DNA of 64,000 bases from Camelus dromedarius (taxonomy: Eukaryota). Shown here in pieces: positions 12,633-22,900 of this stretch. The position numbers and the translations under genes are program-made. Position 1 is the first letter of the stretch. The number at the start of each line of letters is the position of its first letter. The notes below the pieces were generated by a model, which was not told the DNA's origin, ran no database searches, and saw nothing but the letters and a program-made list of their open reading frames with translations. The stretch covers positions 118,546,001 to 118,610,000 of the forward strand of contig NC_087436.1 of NCBI RefSeq assembly GCF_036321535.1, written 5' to 3'.

Positions 12633-13569
12633 CTCACGGCTGGTGGGGGAATGGAACCTGGAGACTGAGTCTGAACGCCGGCTGCCCCTCCCCCAGCTGG
12701 TGAAGGCAAACCTAGCCGCCCTGGGGGACGGTGGGGTCTCCCCTCTGCGCACGGGCTTGTTGTGCGGGGTGGAGAATGGATATAAAAGTCCGAGAAAAGG
12801 CATAAATGAGTGTGGCGGACCCTCCCGCCTGTGTCAGTTATAAACCACCGTGTTGGAAACAGGTCTTTTCCAGTTTTGTGTCTCCTTGGCTTCGAGGCAC
12901 GGCTCTGTCCCTTGGGGACCCCGCCCCCTCCTGGATCTCTGTAGCCCCCGCCCCTCCCGCTTGCACCGAACCCGCCCCCCGAGAGCGCGACGTCGTCTCA
13001 CTCCCGCCACGGGGCCTCCGCTCCCCAGCCTCCGGGTGAAGTTCTGCGGGAAGTGAAGGGGTCTCCAGGTGCTGCTGGTGTTTTCTGGGCCCAAGATCTT
13101 TTCTCTTCCATTTCCATCACCTCCGTTCTCTCTGTCCCGTGACCACTGGCTGCATGAATTCTCATCAGGACCTATTCGTTTCTCGGGCTGAGCCAGCAGC
13201 TAAGGCCTGGTCGTGACGTGGGAATCTGAGTCTCAGGGCCCCACGATCCTGACCTAGACCATGGAATCCCTGACCTGCAGGCCTGTCCTCACCCACCCTG
13301 GGGACCTGAGGACCCACAGAGACGTAATGACACCTGCAGCTGTGTCTTCTGTTGGAGACACTTAAAGTGCCAGGAAGGAGGCCCTGCCCAGCCCTTGGAC
13401 TCCCCCTGGAGGGATCAGTTCTTTTGCCAGACAGCAGCCCCCCGACCCCGCAGGAGAAATGCTTGTCCCCTGGATGGTGACGATATCCAGAAGCTTCCAG
13501 ATCAGCCACTGCCAGGAGAGGCCCTTCCCACCTGGAAGGAAAATGACTTGTTTCACTGAAATCAAGGAT

Positions 13570-13770
13570 TGTCATTCTCAGCGCTGGACATCTTGAGTGT
13601 GACAACTCTCTGTCTGGGGGGGTGGGGCAGTCCTGTGCATTATGGGATGTTCAGCAGCGTCCCTGGCCTCTCCCACCAGATGCTGGGAGCACTCCCCCTA
13701 GTGCCCCAAAATGTTGTGACAACCAAAAATGCCTCAGACACTGCCAGATGTTCCTTCAGGGGCACCACCC
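13570..13770. mobile_element. MER20-like hAT DNA transposon fossil in the EVC 3' region
   Basis: gtcctgtgcattatgggatgttcagcagcgtccctggcctc...ttgtgacaaccaaaaatgcctcagacactgccagatg resembles the recalled MER20 consensus. Confidence 0.75.
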
Positions 13771-14091
13771 ATGGATCTGAGTCAAAGTGTGCCAGCCCTG
13801 GGGAAGGTCTGGGATGGAAGCTCAGTGTTCCCACGAATTGCCGGTCACAGAGGGGGCACCTGGTTCTGGGAGCCCCTGTTTCAGGGATTTTCTGGGCCAT
13901 CTGTGATCTGCATTTTTATTTTTTAAAGCCTAGATTAAATTCTCTTTAGTCAGGAAAGAGTTGCCCCTTAACAGAAGAAGGAATCCATACTAGTTACATC
14001 ATTTGTTAGACATGCTTAACATAGCATCCTCGTCCTGACTGGTCCCCAGGCAGGCTTTCCAAAGTTAACCAACAGCGCCCTCTTGTGGCTA

Positions 14092-14097
14092 AATAAA
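14092..14097 (+). terminator. Candidate EVC polyadenylation signal (AATAAA); a second candidate lies at 14511-14516
   Basis: Canonical hexamer about 1.46 kb after the EVC stop; usage cannot be shown from sequence. Confidence 0.45.
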
Positions 14098-17000
14098 ACA
14101 TTTCACTATTTTGCAGAGTAGGGACAAGCTGCAGTATTTTGAGAACCTGTTTTACATAGACATTGCTTTTGTCACTTGGGTCCCCTGCACAGAGGCATTC
14201 TGGAGGGAGACAGCTGCTATGCTGGGAATGTCTGGCTTGGGGACGTAAGTTTGGTAAATGCAGACGCCCCGGCAGCACCAGGATCTCTGGAAAAACAGGC
14301 AGTTTAGATCCATTGTCCACCCATCTTGCGTGGATAGTGGCTTTGCTTCCGAAGTGCAGCTCCTTAGCCCAAGGGAGTATGTCACATGTCATATGTTACA
14401 AGCTGCTGGACTGCTTGGCACAGTGTGAGGCACGTAATTCTCTATAAATCCTTGTGGGTTGTGTCTTCCGTGAGAGGAACGTGGAGGGGCCCCTTTCACT
14501 CCTTGGGCAAAATAAACCTGGAAGCCACAGGACACTCAGCAGACCATCAGCACAGGCTCTGGGACACCCAGGATGAGGACTTTCAGGCCTGGGACTGAGC
14601 TGCATGCGCCCAGCACACCCAGGGCCGGTGGGGGAGGAGGACCAGCGAGAAGACCCCGAGGACACATCCCAGCCGCCCTCCCTCCGCTGGGGTTGTGTTC
14701 CCAGTTCTCATTATGGGCTGTGAATTGTTACAGTGATGGAAGGAGGTGAAGATGGGAGGGAATCATGAGTGATGATGTAGCAAGGAGTTTAGTGGATTGA
14801 TTTTAATGCACATTTAGCCTCTGATCCGATCTGAGCTGCTAGGATGAAGTCAACGGGGTATGTATAAGGCCAACACACTCCTAGGGCTCCTCCAGCCAGC
14901 CTGGGGTCTGTCTTGTCTTCATTACCTCTTGCTGCTGCTGCAGAAGCCTCCTAACTGCTGCTCCTCTTCCCTCCTGCCCTGCCCCAGCCTCCTCTAATCT
15001 GCCCGCACTTTCTAAAACACAGCTCTGACTGATGCTCTTCAGTGATGTTCCCTTGCTCTTAGGAGAAGCAGCAGAATCATTCACACAGACCGCAGGGCCC
15101 TGTGAGGTCTGGTAGCGGCCACTCTGTAGCCCAGCTGATGGCCTTGCCCTGACCCAGCGCGCAGCCTCTGTCACACCTGCCTACCACGGCCTTGGTATGT
15201 GACATTCTTCTGCTTGGAACACCCCCGCACCCTCCCATCCCTTTTGCCTCATTAGCTCCTAGTCCTTGTTCCTATCTCAACAACAGGGCTCACAGCTTCC
15301 AGACCCTTCCCTGCCCCCACAACTAACTCCGACCCCCTCTCTTTTGCTCTTAGTACTATCTGTGTATTTTGCTGCTGGGTTGGGGGAGGGGATGGTAAAT
15401 AGCATTCCTTTATTTCCTGTCCAAGTCTGGAACCAGCTGAGATAGAGGCCAAGCAGGCAGACAGACAGACAGAGATCTGCATATCATTTTTGTAACCGAT
15501 GAGGCCCCTCTGGGGGACCGTGTCCACAAGGAGCCTGCTCATGCCTTCCCCAGAGCCAAACCTGCCCGCCCCCACACAGACACAGACGTGGCCCCACTCA
15601 CGAGCCTCCACAGCGGGAATGCCCCAAAACACACCGAGAGGAGCAGCAAGGGGACCCGGACTTGGGGGCTGGCCAGAGGGGTGGCCTGGGGCTACATTTG
15701 GGGAGGAGAGTTTCATAAAAGACAAAATTATAGAAGGTATAAAGTGAATATGTATTTAGAATGAGAGAGGAGATCAGATCGAATTATATTTTTAAAGCCT
15801 GATGAATTTCACAAAATCTCAGCTCCTCCTCACCAAAAAAGTAATTTTTTAAATCGATGAATTGCCTGACCCACTTCTGTGATCGTTTGTCCTAGCACTG
15901 ATTTCTCCCCTCACTGCTCCTTGCATCTGACGGCTGGGAGGTTCCCCTGGACCCGCTTCTGACTCTGCACACTGGCCTCAGCACTCCCTCTCCTCCGTGC
16001 TGGGCACACTTCCGGTCTGGGAGCACTTCCAGTGCTGGGCACCGTGGGACACATTTGCGTCCTGGCTCCTGGCTGACTCCTTGTCGCTATGTAGGGGAGT
16101 TGGCACTGGGAGTGGCCATTTGTGCCTGGGCTGGCCAGCAGCACCTCCACCGCCCTCATGCCCACCCCACTAAATCCAGCTCAACCTGCCTTAACCCAGA
16201 TCCCAGCAAGGCCCACGGCCTCCCGGGGCCACTCGACACTTGGGACGTGAGAGTGGAAGGTGCTGGTGCTCTTAACCCCGACTCAGGTAAATCCGACTCC
16301 CCGGACTTGTCACCAAGCCCGCCCCCGGTGCCCAGGGAGGGATCTGTGCAACGAGGGGCCTGAAGCTTGAACATCATTAACTTCAGGGTAAATTCACAAC
16401 AGAGGAGATGTGTTTCCTATGGGCCAGTCATCTCTGTGGAGGGAGGTAGGGAGCCACGTGGCACGCTCAGCTCTGAGAAATCAGGTGCTTTTCCTGCCCT
16501 GGGGAGGAATGAGTGAGCAAGGGGCCAGGAGAGTCCTGTGTTTCTCCCCCAGTGTGCACGCCCCTCCCTCTATGGAGACATGAGGAGAGGAAGGTCAACA
16601 TTCTCAACTCGCTGCAAGATGCTTCCTTTATAGCCCACTTAACACGTGTGCAATTAGATGCTTTGGGTAACAGTTTGGTTACTATGTGACCTTCCTGCTG
16701 GAATGTATAGCCCTCGCATTCCCCTGACTAGCATGCTGTCTGGTATGAAACAGGCACTGCTCGGACCCTGGTGTCTGAGAAGGAAAGAGGGAAGGAGGGA
16801 GGAGGGACATTTCAACTTGGTAGAAGTCCTTTTTGTTCAGGAGTCCCCTTTTCTTGCTCTCTCACTCCATGAATTGACATCACTGGAGGAGAACATGAGG
16901 CCAGTGACACTGAGAACGCACTGGCCCTTACTGGGACACCAGGGCTGACTCACACTGTATGGATTGCAAGCTCCCAGGCTCCATGTTGGTAGCTTGGAGT

Positions 17001-18334
17001 TTGCTACAGCGAGAGTATTTGCACCACAGAAGTTAGCAGACACTACAAACGGCTCCCACTCCAGCCCAGCCCAGCCCGGTGTCCAACATTGAACAGCGCA
17101 CCTCAGGACCACTGGATGAGAAGACTGCTCACTGTGGCCACCTGATCTGCAACAAAGGCTCCGCTGCAACTTAATGGGGCAAAGCTGCATTTTCTCCATA
17201 GAGCATCTAATCCTCCCAGTGCCCTTGGTTGAAAAGACGATCTGGTCTGGTCTTTTCAGTCAAGGGCACTGGGCCGATCGGATTCTGTATGGAAAACAGT
17301 GAGCCTTGAGCCCTACTTTACATTATACACAAGGATTAATGAGAGATGGGTCAGGGACCTAAGTGTCAAAGACAAAACTTCTGGGAGGAAACTGAGGCTA
17401 TTGCAGTGGCAGAGTAGCGCCCCCACCCCAGGGCACCCGCATTCTGACCCCTGGGGCCCGTGACTGCCATGCTACACGGCAGAGGGGAAGCAAGGGTGCA
17501 GCTGAGTGAACGAGAGGATGGAGAGCCTCCCCCTGAAGTGCCATCCCACCATCTCAAGAGATGAATGAAAAGAATACTCCTCAGAAAGGATGCTGCAGCT
17601 CAGGCTTCCAGGAAAAAGTGAATCTTGTCTGTCCTGCAGCTGCCAGGACCCCTGTGACTGTGCCTCCTGGGGGTCCCAGGGAACCTGATGTAGGACAGGG
17701 GGGTGCTGGCCCCCTCACCAGGTTATGCCGACTGGACAGTGGCCCTGTGACCTGGGAGCGAGGCAAAGGCCACTTCGGCGTTGCTCTCAGAGGGAGGATG
17801 TTACGGCTGCTCCTGCTTCAGCTTCTGCCCCTGATGGGCTGGGGGTGATGCGGGAGCCAGGAAGCGCTCTCCTGAGAGCAGGGTGGGTACCTTATTGCTG
17901 CCAATCTTACTCTTCTAGGAGCTTCTGTGTTGCCTTTTGGGAGTCCCAATGGGCCAAGGCCAAACATCAAAAGCCATTACCTTCCCTTGCTGACCTTTCT
18001 CCATATTTAGCCTTGTTTCGAGAAAACTCATAACTGACCCTGAGCCAACACCTCTTTGGGTCTTAACCAAAGTGTCCTAACCCAGTGGGGCAGGGGGAGA
18101 GGACACTGAAACCATAAAATAGACATAGGCGCATCCAAAGCCACGAATGACAAAGTTTGGCAGTTAGAAGCAAGAAGCTTTGGATGTGTTTGTCTTGGAT
18201 TCAGATACTGGCTCTGCCACTTTCTGATCTTAGAGGAATTATTCACCTCTCTAGACTAATCTGTAAATGAGGCTAATAACAGTGCCTACTGTGTAGAGCA
18301 TCTGGCATGCAGAGCATGCTGTACAGATAGCGTT

Positions 18335-18568
18335 ACTACCACCACCATCACGACCACCACCATCACCATCATCACCACCACCACCACCATCATCACCACC
18401 ACCATCATCACCACCACCACCACCATCACCACCACCATCATCATCACCACCATCACCACCATCGTCACCATCACCACCACCATCATCACCACCACCACCA
18501 CCACCATCACCACCATCATCATCACCACCACCACGACCACCGCCACCATCATCGTCACCATCCTCACT
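18335..18568. repeat. (CAC/CAT)n trinucleotide low-complexity tract
   Basis: Directly visible, about 230 bp. Confidence 0.95.
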
Positions 18569-19023
18569 ACTAACAGCTAATCAAGATAAGCAACTTTGAG
18601 CTTTTACTCCTCTGTAGAATGTATACCTCCCACCGGTCTGGAGGTTACAAATGTCAAGTTCGGGAGAGGGCGCTTCCAGCCTGAGGTCACCTGACCTACA
18701 TAACACACAGGAAGAGAGAACATACCAAAGAAAGGCTGGGCAGGAAAGAATGGACATGTGATTTCAACTTACTTCACAGAACCCCACGGCCGGCCATCAT
18801 CCTTCTCCTCCTATCCTTCGTCTGAGTCTCACACTTCCTGAATCATGACCAGCTCCTTCTCCTCCCTCATCCACTCCCCCCACGACCTAACAAGAGTGAG
18901 TCCTCGGGAAGAAAGCACCACTGCCCGGTTACCACGAGGGGAAGCGCCAAGCACGGGCACCCTGGCTGCCCCCAGCCGCCGCCACTTACATGCAAACACT
19001 GCGGTCAGGGAGCGGGCCATTTC

Positions 19024-19029
19024 TTTATT
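19024..19029 (-). terminator. Probable CRMP1 polyadenylation signal (AATAAA on - strand), implying a 3'UTR of about 0.87 kb
   Basis: tttatt on +, preceded in transcript sense by a U-rich segment with UGUA motifs. Confidence 0.7.
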
Positions 19030-19891
19030 TTTTTCACAAGCTTTGATTTCAGAAATAAGAGCCACAGTAAGTCAGTTGTTAAGTAAAAATGGGGGTGATT
19101 ACAAAGGAAAACTATGTACAAAACTGTAAAAATCTGACGGCCCCGTCAGCCGCCTTGGAGGGACCAGGACACAGGCGCGGGGGACAGCTGCCACCCCGCC
19201 GTCGCCAGCCCTTTCTGAGTGTGCACCTGGCTCGGCCTGCAGTCCCAAGCGGGCTGGAAGGACACACACAGACCGCAAAGACGTCGTGGTGAGTTACAGG
19301 GGCCACGGAGACCGGGGTTCCTGACACAGGACGTGAGTGATGCAGTGGGGGTGTGGTGGGATGGGTTTCCTTCCCGTGTAGACCCGGGGTGGGTGGGGTG
19401 ATGAGGACACATCTTCACTGTGAGTTTTGGAGCTGCCCCCGAGGGCTTGAGGTCTCGGCAGCATGTCCCCATCAGCCCTTGGCCACGTTCCGTCGGTCAC
19501 ACTTACAGACTCGCATACATAACTCAGTAGCATGCATCAACTATCCTAGAACAGCCACGGGGGTGCAAGGGAGCCACTCAAAGAGCCGTGGGGCCCGTGG
19601 CGTCAGAACGGGAGGGACAGTACGAGGCGATGCTAGGACCTGCGTTCACTAAGGGGGGGCCTGAAGACGCCATGCTCTGAGGTGGACTCAGATGGACACA
19701 CAACTGTGGGCAAGGGGTTTCCAAGCAAACACACCACACTAGTACCACTTCTTCCTAAACAGAAAAGGAAAGAACATTTTAGTTTTCCCCCCATCAGTAC
19801 CAAATACAACTGTGGGTTTCCAAACACGGACAGGGAAAGGGATGGCCGTCCTTCCCAGAATCCTTCACACGGGCTCCTCCTCTCCCCGCCT

Positions 19892-19983
19892 TCACCCGAG
19901 GCTGGTGATGTTGGAGCGGCCACCAGGGGGCGCCACGATGCGGTGGCCGGTGCGCCGGGGGTTGTTGTCATCTATCTGGGCAC
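19892..19983 (-). CDS. CRMP1: CRMP1 exon 14, coding part with TGA stop
   Basis: tcttccag|GTGCCCAG...CTCGGGTGA; (G)[29 protein letters not shown]. Confidence 0.97.
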
Positions 19984-22900
19984 CTGGAAGAGACAGGCAG
20001 TCACTCAGGAGAGCTGTTGACACCCGTTCCACCTGCTACTCCTGCGGGGTGGGTGCCCCCCCCCCACCATGTCCCCTAGCCTTCCGGACACTGAGCCCTC
20101 CTCTCAATATACCTCTGTCCTCTCCACCCTTTGGTCCAGGGTCACCTCCAGGAAGGCTCCCTGACCGCCACGGGGTTCACTGCTCTCTCTTCTATGCCCC
20201 CCAGGCCCTGGGGTCACCCTCCTGCAGCCCTGACCACTCACGCTCTTCCTGTCCGGCTTCACGTTCCTGAGACAGGTGGGCTGACACTTGAGTGCCTGCT
20301 GTGTGCGGCACAGCCTCGGGGCTGTAGCTTATGTTGCTGAGTTCAGGGCACACAGCAAGACTATGAAAGAGCTGTTGTTGTTCTACCCCCAATCTACAGA
20401 TGAGGAATTTGAGGCTCAGGTCTTGCACTGTGGGGGGGCACACGCGAGGGCAGGGAAGCCAGGATTCCAGCCCCAGCTGGCTTGTCCCCAAAGCCTCAGC
20501 TCCGACAGCTCGCTCAGGACAACACTCGGCACGGCGCCTGATGGTCCCAAGGTGTTCAGTGTGCTATGCATGGGAGCACACGGGCGTACACTTGCATACT
20601 GTGCTCACACGTGTGTATTTGTGCATGCGTGTGCCTGTGTGTGAACTACTCAGAGCTGGATTTACCCCCCTTGTTGGCAATGTGCAGATCTGCATGAGGG
20701 CGGGGGCAGCCTTCTGTTTTAAATCTGCAAAGTCAGCCATCCATCCTAATCTCCTGTGTTCCCTAGCACTTAAATAAAGATTTAAAATTCTAGCACTGGG
20801 GTGGGAGGGTATAGTTCAGTGGTAGAGTGCATAGTTAGCATGCATGAGGTCCTGGGTTCAATCCCCAGTACCTCCATTAAAAAATTAATTTAATTAATAA
20901 ATCTAATTACCTCCCCTCTGCAAAGTAAAAAAATTAATTAAAATTCTAGTGCCAAGCCCAGTGCCTGGCCCTCAATAAATACGTATTAAACGGCTAAGTG
21001 GTGGATAATGCTGAAGGAGGGGTATGGGGAAGGTCCTAGGATCTGGCCGGGAGACTTAGTTTCCACTACAAATGGTGCCAGTAATTTGGAATCAGACACT
21101 CCCCTCTTTTGGCCCCATTTCCCTTTTTGTAAAATCAGAGCAGACGACTACCCTCCAAGTGTTCTGTACCCCAACATCTCAAAGACCGGGATCAATTTTA
21201 CGGCAAAGGAGGTGTGACAACGCACACAGGATGGCATTCACTGGATTCGCCATGCACCTCGCTGCTCGGGGGAAGCTGACCTGATGGGATGGTCTGTTAA
21301 AGCGCTGCCAGGGCGTCTGCTCAGGCTGAGAGCCTGAGGTCGATACGCGGTGTGCACTGACCCAATGTCCCCAGGAACCAGGGGGTGGAAACGGGACTAT
21401 CCACTGTCATCATCGCCCCATCACCAAAGAGCGGGGAAGCCCAACAAACAAGACAAAGTGCTGAACCCCGTAAGTCATCAGGATTTACAAATTCAGACTT
21501 CGATGAAATCACCCTTAAAAAAAAACCAGACGAGGCCCTCCCACCTCTGACGTATGATCTCTGGAAGCCACTAAGCGCTGGTTTAGAGAACGGACCCCTG
21601 TCTTCTCGCACTGTATTGCCCTGGAAATTCAGGAACCTCCTGACGACCCAGAATCAGCCCAGTGCTTGATCACCCTGGTTTCCCCTCGTGATACCTGTAC
21701 CTTGCTAGTCACGTGTCGGGTGCCTTGAAAATCCCTGGTGGGCAAAAGGACACCGGCCACATGTCTATGACGCGACCCCACACAGGTGTTTAAGGGACAT
21801 GTGGAAGTCGCTCCTGACACTGGGCGGCGTCGATGCTGCTGGTGTCTGACGAAGGCGCCCGTGAGGCTGCTGCGGGGCTGCCCAGCGGTGCTGGGCACTC
21901 AGGGGGACCTGGGGGCTGAACGGGGGACCAAGGGTGGTCGGGGGGGGGCCCTACCTACAAACTTTGTTCCATTGTTTTTCTTGTTCTGAAAGGGAGGGAG
22001 TGTCACTCCGTGTTTAATTGTAATCAGGAATCGTATAACACGAGAGCAGAGATCCAGCTGGCAAACTCCCTGAGAGGTGGTATGTCTTCCCGGCTGCGCA
22101 AACAATCCCTGTTGTGTTGGGTCCCCAGCCTCCAATAGGCAGTCCCAAGTCAAGGTCCCAGCGTGTGCCCGCCTGCCCTCGTGTGGTGACCGGATGAAAC
22201 TGCAGGCACGTGTCCTAAGGGCCTTCAGAAAGGCTGAGGTTTTGGTCCACACACTTGTCCAGCACCAAGTACTGGCATTTTGACATTGAATGTCTTGGGG
22301 GCATTCATTTTCTCCTTAAAGAAATAGGGGTAACACCACTCTCCACACAGGGTTGTGGGAAGATGAAACAGTCATGAGTTACGAGGGCGCGTGATAAACA
22401 GCCTGGAGACCCACCTCTCCACGTTAGCCTCACGGGAAAGAGCGCAGACGTGTCCCCAGATGTGCTTAAGGACGAGCACATGGGCAGTTTTCAAGCAGAC
22501 TCTTCATAAACCAGGGTCAGGTGTCTCTGTGCTGCCCCCACGGACCCCCTCTGCTTTCTGACCCTCCCAGCCTCCTCTGCCAACCCCGGGAGGAGGGGCG
22601 GAGGGGATCCAACGCTCCCCCCTTGGCTCTTCATCCAGTGCCCGAGGCCGTGGGCCCATTTCTGCAGGTTCCGGGCTCTCGGCACCACCATGGCCCGGGG
22701 AGACTTGGCCGCTGTACCTTCCTACCTGATAAACTGAAGTTGGACTGGTGGAGGTTTCTGATGGGCGGAGGCTGGTGTTTGGAAGGCGAGGACTTGGCAG
22801 AAGGAGCCGGCGTTGCGTACTTGGGTGTGGCCGGCACCTCGTACACAGGACCGTCGTACATGCCCCTGGGGACCCCTTGCAATCCAGAAACCTAAACAGA

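Noticed and set aside
18286..18567. 93-aa Val/Met-rich ORF
   Set aside because: Translation of the (CAC/CAT)n simple repeat.
20798..20876. tRNA-like sequence (also near 7731-7804, 26450-26520, 35297-35373, 38852-38926)
   Set aside because: Degenerate, with AT-rich tails and TSDs, so these are SINEs and not tRNA genes.
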